From a virus, in IMG/VR virus record IMGVR_UViG_3300045988_168012: DNA of 15,497 nt; one strand, written 5' to 3'. Of the stretch, positions 5,475-12,479 are shown piece after piece. The translations under genes were made by a program, and so were the position numbers. The notes under the pieces are model-generated. The model did not search any database. It saw only the letters and a list, made by a program, of their open reading frames with translations, and was not told where the DNA came from. Within the stretch, counting starts at the first letter, position 1, and the number at the start of each line of letters is the position of its first letter.

Positions 5475-6236
5475 ATGCCCAAAACAATACAGCTTGTTTT
5501 CTGGAAGTCGCAAGCGCCGACGCAAGAGCCGTACACCACAAGCGAGGTTATAGCCGAAGCCGCCGGGATGAATCGCCGCACGGTTAACCGTCTTATCCAG
5601 ACCCACAAGGCAGACCTTGAAGAGTTCGGAAGGGTGCGATTTGAAATCACACCCTTAAAGACAAGGGGCGGCGTTCAGAGCGTCACGGTGTACCACTTGA
5701 ACGAACAGCAAGCAACGCTTTTAATGACCTACGCACGGAACACGGAGACGGTACGGGCGTTCAAGAAAGAGCTTGTCAAGCAATTCTATGCTATGCGGTC
5801 GCTTCTATTGGAGCGCAACAGCCCGATATGGCAGGATACGCGAGCGCTTACAAAGGCGGTACGCAAGCAGGAGACGGACGCGATACGCGAGCTTGTAGAG
5901 TACGCCACGGGGCAAGGCTCAAAGCACGCGGTACGGTATTATACGTCGATCTCCCGGATAGCGAACAAGGCGGCGGGGATCACGGACAGAGACCGCGCCC
6001 ACGTCGAAGAGCTGACGGCGTTAATGCTCATTGAGCGGGTGATAGCGGAAGAGATACGCGCCGGGATAGCGGCGGGGAAGCCGTACAAGGAGATATACAC
6101 CGCCATACAGCAGCGTCTATTGACGTTCGGAGGGATCACCGGCACGTCTACGCTTTGTTTAACGCCACACAACGCGCCACACGGCGCTTTTGCGGTCGGG
6201 GAATGCACAGACATTACCGAGACCGCAGAACGCTAA
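5475..6236 (+). CDS. Rha-family phage regulatory protein (253 aa)
   Basis: AGGAGG RBS at 5461-5466. The N-terminal stretch TTSEVIAEAAGMNRRTVNRLIQTHKADLEEFGRVRFEI...VYHLNEQQATLLMTY...AFKKELVKQFYAM matches the Phage_pRha pattern. The ORF-track start at 5448 is less likely. Confidence 0.75.
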   Translation: MPKTIQLVFWKSQAPTQEPYTTSEVIAEAAGMNRRTVNRLIQTHKADLEEFGRVRFEITPLKTRGGVQSVTVYHLNEQQATLLMTYARNTETVRAFKKELVKQFYAMRSLLLERNSPIWQDTRALTKAVRKQETDAIRELVEYATGQGSKHAVRYYTSISRIANKAAGITDRDRAHVEELTALMLIERVIAEEIRAGIAAGKPYKEIYTAIQQRLLTFGGITGTSTLCLTPHNAPHGAFAVGECTDITETAER

Positions 6237-6253
6237 TAAAGGGGCGTGAGAAC

Positions 6254-6586
6254 GTGATACGGATTACAAAAATAGAATCCCTGTTAGGGGATGCGGATAT
6301 TCATTACGTCCGGCAGCGGAACGCGGACACGGTCGCAGGTCTGGAAGCTATAACAGAGCGGATGGATGATCGTACATACGCGGAGCTTATGGACGTACTG
6401 AACGAAGCAGAGGGCGAGGCATTCCGGGACGGTATCGAGCTGGGGCGCGTGTATCAAGCATCCGGCGTCGGCTCTTATGCGGATTTCAAAAACAAAGTCC
6501 GGGAGCTGCTGGAAGAATGCCCGCCGGACGATATAAGCGAGGACTTAGCTAAATTCTTGATGGATGGTGAAGAAGATGGGGTATGA
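6254..6586 (+). CDS. Hypothetical acidic protein (110 aa, GTG start proposed)
   Basis: The ORF is continuous with coding-like composition. The upstream part of the track ORF overlaps the Rha gene and is R-rich. The start is uncertain. Confidence 0.5.
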   Translation: MIRITKIESLLGDADIHYVRQRNADTVAGLEAITERMDDRTYAELMDVLNEAEGEAFRDGIELGRVYQASGVGSYADFKNKVRELLEECPPDDISEDLAKFLMDGEEDGV

Positions 6587-6791
6587 AATCGTTTTTGTTC
6601 TGCCGCTGCTGCTTGTGGTGCTGGCATCTATGGTGATGTGCTTTGTTAGCATCCTTGCACAACGGAACGGGGCGGGCGATAAGACCGCGGCGGACTGTGA
6701 AAGGGTCGCGTTTGCTATCGGCGGCGCGCTTTTCAACGTCTTATTTCAGTTTATTTTGATTCTGCTGGTAAACCTTGCGAACAAATTTTGA
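6564..6791 (+). CDS. Small membrane protein with two predicted TM helices (75 aa; alternative start 6576)
   Basis: Hydrophobic stretches IVFVLPLLLVVLASMVMCFVSIL and AFAIGGALFNVLFQFILILLVNL. Overlaps the upstream gene end. Confidence 0.55.
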   Translation: MVKKMGYEIVFVLPLLLVVLASMVMCFVSILAQRNGAGDKTAADCERVAFAIGGALFNVLFQFILILLVNLANKF

Positions 6792-6807
6792 AAGGGAGTT
6801 TACGAAA

Positions 6808-7203
6808 ATGAATGATATGACGATTCAATACATAAGCCCACGCATTGGGGATATTTATAAGACGTTTGTGGATGAAAAGCGGAAATCCGGTTTTTCTACG
6901 GAGAAGATCAGCGAGCTTTCCGGTGTTCCGTACAGCTTCCTTACAAGGTTCCTTGTCGGTCAAGTTGTCAACCCGTCGTTTGAGTATGTGGCCACGCTCT
7001 GCGCGTTCTTTAGCCTGTCGCTTGACACTCTGGCCGGTTTGGTGCAGGACGGCGCGGAAGCGGCTCCCGGAAGTCTTGAAAACGTTCTTGAAAGCAAGAT
7101 TCACGCGCTCGAACTCGACAAAGCGAAACTTGCCGGAGAGAATGCCCGGCTTGAATCATTCAATCAACAGCTTTTGCAGATCGTAGGGGGTGCGAGAGCA
7201 TGA
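6808..7203 (+). CDS. XRE-family HTH transcriptional regulator with C-terminal coiled coil (131 aa)
   Basis: AAAGGGAG RBS at 6791-6798. HTH_3-like segment STEKISELSGVPYSFLTRFLVGQVVNPSFEYVATLCAFFSLSLDTL, then a heptad-like tail. Confidence 0.75.
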   Translation: MNDMTIQYISPRIGDIYKTFVDEKRKSGFSTEKISELSGVPYSFLTRFLVGQVVNPSFEYVATLCAFFSLSLDTLAGLVQDGAEAAPGSLENVLESKIHALELDKAKLAGENARLESFNQQLLQIVGGARA

Positions 7204-7379
7204 CGGACACACGGAAAGAGCTTGCAGACATGATCGACAGCATGAGCAAAGAGCAGTTTACGCAGTTTTTCATAAAGGCGATACAAGACCCGGAGACGCG
7301 GGCGGCGGTCGTTGACATTCTGGAAAAGGCCGGACTACTTGAAGAGAAAGAAGCGCGGGCAGGGGGTACACAGCAATGA
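7200..7379 (+). CDS. Micro-ORF 1 (59 aa), paralog of 7376-7519; not in the ORF track
   Basis: ATGA overlap with the XRE stop. Begins MTDTRKELADMIDSMSKEQFTQFFIKAI... and shares its N-terminal 28 aa pattern with the next ORF. Confidence 0.5.
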   Translation: MTDTRKELADMIDSMSKEQFTQFFIKAIQDPETRAAVVDILEKAGLLEEKEARAGGTQQ

Positions 7380-7519
7380 CAGACGAACGGAAAGAGCTTG
7401 TGGAAATGATTTGCGCCATGAACGAGGAGCAATTCGCATGGTTTTGCGAAAAGGTCATGGAAGTGCTTACACCAGACGAGCGCGATTTTTACGAAAAGAC
7501 CTGCAAGATCGGCGGTTGA
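7376..7519 (+). CDS. Micro-ORF 2 (47 aa), paralog of 7200-7379; not in the ORF track
   Basis: ATGA overlap with micro-ORF 1. Begins MTDERKELVEMICAMNEEQFAWFCEKVM... Confidence 0.5.
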   Translation: MTDERKELVEMICAMNEEQFAWFCEKVMEVLTPDERDFYEKTCKIGG

Positions 7520-7791
7520 TGTGCGCCGGACGTGCGCCACGGTAAAAACGGGGCGCACGTTTGAGCATCCTTTTTCAATGGTTTTCGGTAAATACGGCGG
7601 TTTTGTTAATCTATTTTCGTTCAAATTTAACCTTTGACATTATCAGTACAAGATGTTAAATTATGTGTAACCATGTGCAACCGAACGCGCACGAAGCGCC
7701 GGAAAGCCTTTATTTATCAATGGTTTTCACGATTGAACGCAAACCACGAAAAACAAGCCGTATTTCCTACGTTGTGCGCCAAATGTGCGCC
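7520..7791. repeat. Five copies of GTGCGCC (one inverted) plus a 12-bp direct repeat TCAATGGTTTTC, flanking a promoter
   Basis: GTGCGCC at 7521, 7532, 7774 and 7785, and inverted at 7552-7558. The copies at 7530-7538 and 7552-7560 form a 9-bp hairpin. TCAATGGTTTTC at 7575-7586 and 7717-7728. Confidence 0.8.
7634..7662 (+). promoter_or_regulatory. Promoter TTGACA-17 nt-TAAATT with an upstream TG (extended -10), facing the KTR-int operon
   Basis: TTGACA at 7634-7639, TG at 7654-7655, TAAATT at 7657-7662. Confidence 0.6.
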
Positions 7792-7805
7792 GGAAAGGTT
7801 GATAC

Positions 7806-7994
7806 ATGGTAAAGCTGATAGGTAACAAGCCGTGGTATTTATGCCCCGTATGCCAACGGAAAATGTTTGTTGTCAGGAGCGGCGCGGTATGTCGCGGCGT
7901 TATGGCAGCGTGTAAACAATGCGGAGAGGTGCGGGAGGTCATCATCAATTACCGCGAGATCAAAACGGGGGTGTCTACAACAAAAAGCGGATAA
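7806..7994 (+). CDS. Cysteine-rich zinc-ribbon protein (62 aa), KTR-like
   Basis: WYLCPVCQRK...AACKQCGE has two CxxC pairs. Its layout is like the small 'cysteine-rich KTR' proteins seen next to integrases in Firmicutes mobile elements (recalled, not searched). Confidence 0.6.
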   Translation: MVKLIGNKPWYLCPVCQRKMFVVRSGAVCRGVMAACKQCGEVREVIINYREIKTGVSTTKSG

Positions 7995-8025
7995 CACAGC
8001 GCAAAAGAAAAAGGAGGCTCACCCA

Positions 8026-9408
8026 ATGGCAAGCATACGGAAGATAAGCGAGAACAGTTACAAGGTCACGGTATCACGCGGCAGGGACGCAGGAAACAAG
8101 CAGATACGCCATTATATGACGTGGACGCCGGAAAAGCCCATGACAGAAAAGCAGATGGAAAAGGCCGTGCAGAAAGCGGCGTATGAGTTTGAGAAGCAAA
8201 TAGAACTCGGCTTTAGGCCGGACGATAGCCGGACGTTCCGGGAATACGCAGAGTATTTCATAGAGCTGAAAAAAACGCAGGGGCATACAGCGGGAACGAT
8301 TCGCGGGTATGAGTGGGTAAAGCGGCGGGTTTATGAGGGTATCGGCGATATGAAACTTGTAGACATTCGACCGCACCACCTAAACAAGCTATACGCAAAG
8401 ATCGCGCAGCCCGGCACAAGAATAAACCGCTTGTACTGCTATCCCAAAATTGAGATCAGACCGTTTGTAAATAGCTTTGGAGGCGTCAACAGGGTTAGCA
8501 AAGACAGCGGAATAAATACGGACATAATTACCCGCGCTTGCCGTGGGGACAGGCTTACACAAACCGCCGGTATGCGTCTGGCGTCGGCTCTCGGTCTGGA
8601 CTTCAAGGCCGCATTTCGCACGGAGGAAAACAAAGACACGCTTACAAATGCGATGATCGAAAAGCACCATGTCTTTGTGCAGATGGTTCTTGATGAAGCA
8701 GAAAAGGACATGATAATCATGTACAACCCGGCGAGGCGTGCAACCGTCCCGAAACGAAAGGCGGAGCCGAAGAAAGATAAATGCTTGCAGCCCGAAGAGC
8801 TTAAAGCGTTTCTTGACGTTCTCGACGGTGAGCAGATCAGAACTAAGGCGATGTTTTACACGATGATCTACACCGGAATGCGGCGCGGCGAGCTATGCGC
8901 CTTGCGCTGGGATAAGATCGACTTTGAAAAAGGGCAGATTCTTATAGACGCTGGCATAACTTACACGAAAGAAACCGGTATAGTATACGGGCAGACAAAA
9001 ACCGGAAACGTCCGGTATGTTTCTATTCCACCGGCTCTTATTTCCACCCTTAAAACATATCGGAAATGGTTTATTGAAGAGCGTTTCCGGCTATGCGGTG
9101 CGTGGGAAGATAGCGGCTTTGTATTCTGCCGCTCTCTCGGCTCTGTCATGGCGCCAACAGATGTTAATATTCTTTTATCGAAGCTCTGCGAGCGGCACGA
9201 AGTCCCACACATACACCCGCACCAATTCCGCCATACCGCCGCAAGCCTTATGATCGCCAACGGTACGGACGTGGTAACGGCGGCGGGCGTTCTCGGCCAC
9301 AAGAACACAAAAACAACGCTATCCGTATATGCTCACGCGATAGACACGGCAAAAGAAAAGGCCGCAAATACTATGGAATCGGCTATAGAGGCTTGCAAAA
9401 TCGGATAA
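8026..9408 (+). CDS. int: Tyrosine recombinase / phage integrase (460 aa)
   Basis: AAGGAGG RBS at 8010-8016. Arm-binding-type N-terminus MASIRKISENSYKVTVSRGRD. Catalytic signature TGMRRGEL (Arg), HQFRHTAAS (H-x-x-R), LGH, and TLSVYAH (Tyr). The 7867 start in the track is an upstream extension overlapping the KTR gene. Confidence 0.93.
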   Translation: MASIRKISENSYKVTVSRGRDAGNKQIRHYMTWTPEKPMTEKQMEKAVQKAAYEFEKQIELGFRPDDSRTFREYAEYFIELKKTQGHTAGTIRGYEWVKRRVYEGIGDMKLVDIRPHHLNKLYAKIAQPGTRINRLYCYPKIEIRPFVNSFGGVNRVSKDSGINTDIITRACRGDRLTQTAGMRLASALGLDFKAAFRTEENKDTLTNAMIEKHHVFVQMVLDEAEKDMIIMYNPARRATVPKRKAEPKKDKCLQPEELKAFLDVLDGEQIRTKAMFYTMIYTGMRRGELCALRWDKIDFEKGQILIDAGITYTKETGIVYGQTKTGNVRYVSIPPALISTLKTYRKWFIEERFRLCGAWEDSGFVFCRSLGSVMAPTDVNILLSKLCERHEVPHIHPHQFRHTAASLMIANGTDVVTAAGVLGHKNTKTTLSVYAHAIDTAKEKAANTMESAIEACKIG

Positions 9409-9477
9409 AACATGATATAATACTAAGCAATCGAATGAAAAAACGTGCATGGAAGAAATTCCCGCACGAATGAGCCT

Positions 9478-9536
9478 ATGAGCCTATTACGGTCGCTTGG
9501 TAACAGAGCGAACGCGATAGGCTCATTTTATTTTTT
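9478..9536 (+). terminator. Long-stem intrinsic terminator after int
   Basis: atgagcctat (9478-9487) pairs with ataggctcat (9517-9526), with an inner tcgct/agcga stem, followed by tttatttttt. An extra direct copy of atgagcct sits at 9470. Confidence 0.7.
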
Positions 9537-9560
9537 CGGACTTTGAAAGGAGAATACAGC

Positions 9561-9755
9561 ATGGCGAAACTTAGAACGCTTCCGAAAGCATACGACTACT
9601 TCAAGGAGAAAGACCCGGATTCCGCGCTTACGAAAAACTATTTCCGCACGCTGGTAAAGACCGGCGCTATTCCGTCGGTACGGCTCGGGAAAAACTTTCT
9701 GATTGACGTTGAAACGCTCGATCAGCACATAGCGAAAGCCTTTAGCGGCCTCTGA
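9561..9755 (+). CDS. xis: Excisionase-like / MerR-type HTH DNA-binding protein (64 aa)
   Basis: AAGGAGA RBS. LTKNYFRTLVKTGAIPSVRLGKNFLIDVETLDQHI resembles the excisionase-family HTH plus wing (G.lP..r.G.r..i). Adjacent to int. Confidence 0.55.
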   Translation: MAKLRTLPKAYDYFKEKDPDSALTKNYFRTLVKTGAIPSVRLGKNFLIDVETLDQHIAKAFSGL

Positions 9756-9786
9756 AAAGGGGAAACGCGCCACGCGAGGGGGTACT

Positions 9787-9945
9787 ATGTCCAAATCGAG
9801 CCGGAAACGGTATCAGGCGAAGCGCCGGGAATATAAGCAGATCGAGGAACAGATAGACCGGCGCAACGCCTACGGACTACCAGACCCGACGCCGAAAGCG
9901 GCGGTTGACAAGATCATACAAAAAGAACGGAGGATAAAAACATGA
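9787..9945 (+). CDS. Small highly basic protein (52 aa); not in the ORF track
   Basis: GAGGGGG RBS 6 nt upstream. MSKSSRKRYQAKRREYKQIEEQIDRRN... Its end overlaps a further 20-codon ORF (9942-10004). Confidence 0.4.
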   Translation: MSKSSRKRYQAKRREYKQIEEQIDRRNAYGLPDPTPKAAVDKIIQKERRIKT

Positions 9946-10027
9946 ACGACAAACAGAGAATGGAGAAACTCGCCGATATTGCAGTATTGGAGCGTAAACG
10001 CTGATGGACAAAACGAAGGAGATCACC

Positions 10028-10324
10028 ATGAAAGAATTTGCGGAGATGGATAAGCGTCCGCAGTATTTCAACTTTTTTCTTGAATCGTGCGAGACGTTGG
10101 CAATGCTCGACAACGAGGGCGCGGGAAAGGTAATTCACGCAATCGCGGATTACTTCATTGACGGCGATACGCCGGAGGACTTGCCGACGTTCACGAAGAG
10201 CGAGCGCCGGGCGTACAACCGTATCAAGCGCGGATGTGATGATAGCTGCGCTCTATGGTATGCGAAAGTTACCGGAGGAAAAGAGGGGGCAAGAAAGCGC
10301 TGGGGGGGAAAAACCGAAGAATAA
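10028..10324 (+). CDS. DUF6291-like phage protein (98 aa; alternative start 10004)
   Basis: AAGGAG RBS at 10016-10021. YFNFFLESCETLAMLDNEGAGKVIHAIADYFIDGDTPE resembles the DUF6291 / replisome-organizer N-terminal-like pattern (recalled). Confidence 0.5.
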   Translation: MKEFAEMDKRPQYFNFFLESCETLAMLDNEGAGKVIHAIADYFIDGDTPEDLPTFTKSERRAYNRIKRGCDDSCALWYAKVTGGKEGARKRWGGKTEE

Positions 10325-10326
10325 AA

Positions 10327-10352
10327 ATAGGTCTCCTATAGGTCTCCTATAG
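10327..10352. repeat. 11-bp tandem repeat ataggtctcct x2.4, each unit containing the ATAGG-N3-CCTAT palindrome
   Basis: Read directly from the sequence, immediately after the stop codon at 10322-10324. Confidence 0.85.
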
Positions 10353-10376
10353 CACTCCCACCATTTTGCTAATAGC

Positions 10377-10418
10377 AACTCATAACTCATAACTCGTAAC
10401 TCATAACACATAACAGTA
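10377..10418. repeat. Six tandem 7-bp units: AACTCAT x2, AACTCGT, AACTCAT, AACACAT, AACAGTA
   Basis: Read directly from the sequence. Followed by the hairpins gcatccc/gggatgc (10421-10437) and caaacgc/gcgtttg (10453-10469). Confidence 0.85.
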
Positions 10419-10582
10419 AGCATCCCTACGGGATGCCATTAAAGGGAAGCACAAACGCGGGGCGTTTGCACTTCTGCGCTTGTGTTATGTATGCATTTTC
10501 CCCGATGTTGTTTACAGCTTCCCGGATAATGCATACATTTCCCGGCTTAATGGTAACATCCCGCACGAAAGGAACGGACAGA

Positions 10583-11026
10583 ATGAATCTTAGAATCTTC
10601 CGCATGACAGCGAAAAAGGCGTATGACAGCATGGAGGACACTGTAAACCGGTATTCTCTGGAACAGTACATAGCAATTTTTGAGCATTTCTTTTCCCGGT
10701 ACGCCGAGAAGCGCGGAGAAGATCACCCGCCGGTAGGATGCGGAAACATCCGGCGTATCATGGAGCGGATGCCGTACACGGGCGCAAAGGATGAAAGCAT
10801 CGGCGGGCGGGATATGTTCGACTACACGGCGGATATGTACCCGGCAATGATAGATCAGTATTTCCGAACGCGCTTTTTCCCCGGATGTGATTACCGCATA
10901 TTTCACTTTATGTGCGGCAACGTTCGGGAGCTGCGTTTATATGAAATCTTGCTCGGGCGCGAAACTGCGGAGGCGTGCGCGGACGGCATGGACAACATCA
11001 AGAACACGAAGGAGGGCAAAGCATGA
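10583..11026 (+). CDS. Hypothetical protein (147 aa)
   Basis: AAAGGAA RBS. The internal ATG is preferred because the first 50 codons of the track ORF cover the repeat and hairpin region. No motif recognised. Confidence 0.6.
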   Translation: MNLRIFRMTAKKAYDSMEDTVNRYSLEQYIAIFEHFFSRYAEKRGEDHPPVGCGNIRRIMERMPYTGAKDESIGGRDMFDYTADMYPAMIDQYFRTRFFPGCDYRIFHFMCGNVRELRLYEILLGRETAEACADGMDNIKNTKEGKA

Positions 11027-11184
11027 CAGAGCAGAAAAGACGATGCAGACAGGTGAAAGAAAACCTTGCAGAGAAAACGAAAGAGCTTTTGATGGACGGC
11101 ATAGACGCCGTACACAAGCTACAGCCCGTTGTTGAGGGCATGAAAGAGCAGATCAAGGAGGCGCGGGACGATGCCGACGATTGA
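11023..11184 (+). CDS. Hypothetical small coiled-coil protein (53 aa)
   Basis: AAGGAGGG RBS. ATGA overlap with the upstream stop. Confidence 0.5.
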   Translation: MTEQKRRCRQVKENLAEKTKELLMDGIDAVHKLQPVVEGMKEQIKEARDDADD

Positions 11185-11386
11185 AGAAGATGCGCGTATG
11201 TTCTGCCCTCTCCGTGACGGGAGAAACGTCGCGGCGGACTGCATCGGGAAAGAATGCGCGTATTTTGGGGAGTATGTTTGTATGCGCGTCTGTGTCTCCC
11301 CCGCCGTCGGTAAGCTCTGCCCGATGCCTTACCACGGGGTATGCAATGGAAACTGCGGATTCAACAAGAGAGGGGGGAAAGACTGA
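11171..11386 (+). CDS. Cysteine-rich small protein (71 aa, 9 Cys)
   Basis: GGAGG about 11 nt upstream. Cys spacing CPL...C...C...C..C...C...C...C suggests a metal-binding or disulfide-rich fold. Overlaps its neighbours. Confidence 0.5.
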   Translation: MPTIEEDARMFCPLRDGRNVAADCIGKECAYFGEYVCMRVCVSPAVGKLCPMPYHGVCNGNCGFNKRGGKD

Positions 11387-11577
11387 TGCAGACATACAAA
11401 GCGGCGCAGCTGGTTCTTGAAGCCGTGGACGGTCTGAACGCCGGACAGATTCAAAACATTATCGGAATGCTGCACGAGTACAAGCAGAAAGCCGCTGTAG
11501 TGCGTTCTATGGTGGCGGGCGTATCAAATGACGCAGAACTTGAAAAAATGATTCTGACGCACTTTAGGGGCGTTTAA
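11386..11577 (+). CDS. Hypothetical small protein (63 aa)
   Basis: ATGA-type overlap (TGATG) with the upstream gene. G-rich RBS agagggggga. Confidence 0.5.
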   Translation: MQTYKAAQLVLEAVDGLNAGQIQNIIGMLHEYKQKAAVVRSMVAGVSNDAELEKMILTHFRGV

Positions 11578-11591
11578 CAAGGAGGTAAAAC

Positions 11592-12038
11592 ATGAGCGAA
11601 ATTAGAGAAGCGATTACACAGCGGCTTACGGGCGGAAACTTTAACGCGCTGGATGCGGTGAGCCGCGAGGACTTCCCGGACGATGAAAGCTATCTCCGGG
11701 CGGCTACAAAGATTCAGCTTGAGAGAAGCACGCCGGAGTATCAGCGGGCGTATGCTTCCCTTGCGGCTGAATACAGCAAGCGGCAGGAAGAGAAGCAGCG
11801 AGCGGCGAACGAGGCGCGATACAAGGAGCTTTCCCGCACGGTGCAGCTTGATTCCGTCGAGCTTGGCAACGTAGAGAAGAAAGCGCGGGAAGCGGCACAG
11901 AGAGACCTTGCAGCAAAAAGAATCGATCTTTCCGGCGTGGGCGCGGCTATTGAGAAGTACGCGGCGCAGTTTGAGAAAGAGGAACGGGAAAGCAAGATCG
12001 GGCGCGTTATGCTCAATGAGCTTATCCGGGGCAGATAA
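11592..12038 (+). CDS. Hypothetical charged coiled-coil protein (148 aa)
   Basis: AAGGAGG RBS at 11579-11585. Followed by a terminator. Confidence 0.65.
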   Translation: MSEIREAITQRLTGGNFNALDAVSREDFPDDESYLRAATKIQLERSTPEYQRAYASLAAEYSKRQEEKQRAANEARYKELSRTVQLDSVELGNVEKKAREAAQRDLAAKRIDLSGVGAAIEKYAAQFEKEERESKIGRVMLNELIRGR

Positions 12039-12044
12039 GGAAAT

Positions 12045-12075
12045 AGCATCCCGTAATACTGCGGGGTGCTTTCTT
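12045..12075 (+). terminator. Hairpin terminator
   Basis: agcatcccg (12045-12053) pairs with cggggtgct (12062-12070), with one G-U pair, then ttctt. Confidence 0.55.
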
Positions 12076-12179
12076 ATGCCCGGATTTATGAAAACAAATG
12101 CTTTTGAGGGGGTGAGGTTATAAACCGGATACGGGACGAGGACATATTAGAGGCGCTTCTTACAACGCCAACACAAAAG

Positions 12180-12479
12180 ATGGCGGCTAAAAAGCTCGGA
12201 TGTACGCCGGTAACGATTTCGCACCGAGTAAGCAACCCGGAGTTTCGTAAGAAGTACGACGAAGCCAGAGAAGGCTTGATAATATCAACGCGAGATATGC
12301 TTCAACGCTCAACGTGTAACGCAGTATCTACGATGGTAGCAATCATGCAGGACGAAAGAGCATCACAGCAAACGCGGCTCAATGCAGCAGAGGCCATATT
12401 AAAGCACGGCGCACGGTATACGGAGATCGGGGACGTTTTGGAGCGCATAAAGGCGCTTGAGGCGAGCAATGAGGAATGA
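12180..12479 (+). CDS. terS: Terminase small subunit (99 aa from the first ATG; the true N-terminus may lie upstream)
   Basis: HTH AAKKLGCTPVTISHRV, then ...RLNAAEAILKHGARYTE, which is typical of terS (AAE.LLKH.G). Its end overlaps the terL start. Confidence 0.65.
   Translation: MAAKKLGCTPVTISHRVSNPEFRKKYDEAREGLIISTRDMLQRSTCNAVSTMVAIMQDERASQQTRLNAAEAILKHGARYTEIGDVLERIKALEASNEE

Noticed and set aside
7867-8025. Upstream 53-codon extension of the integrase ORF given in the track
   Set aside because: It overlaps the KTR-like gene in another frame and has no RBS. The ATG at 8026 has a strong AAGGAGG and begins a typical integrase arm-binding N-terminus.
9470-9530. atgagcct direct repeat plus an inverted copy downstream of int, as an attP core
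   Set aside because: The inverted arms are 29 nt apart and are followed by a T-rich tract (tttatttttt), which fits an intrinsic terminator far better than a recombination core with a 6-8 bp overlap. I keep it only as a secondary attP candidate.
10300-10352. In-frame slippery heptamer G_GGA_AAA (within a G7A6 run) near the end of the DUF6291-like gene, followed by a palindromic repeat, suggesting a -1 programmed frameshift
   Set aside because: The -1 frame stops after about 10 codons (TAG at 10349-10351). A shift would therefore only swap the last few residues for a short tail, with no plausible functional extension. The homopolymer could still be a sequencing-error or phase-variation hotspot.
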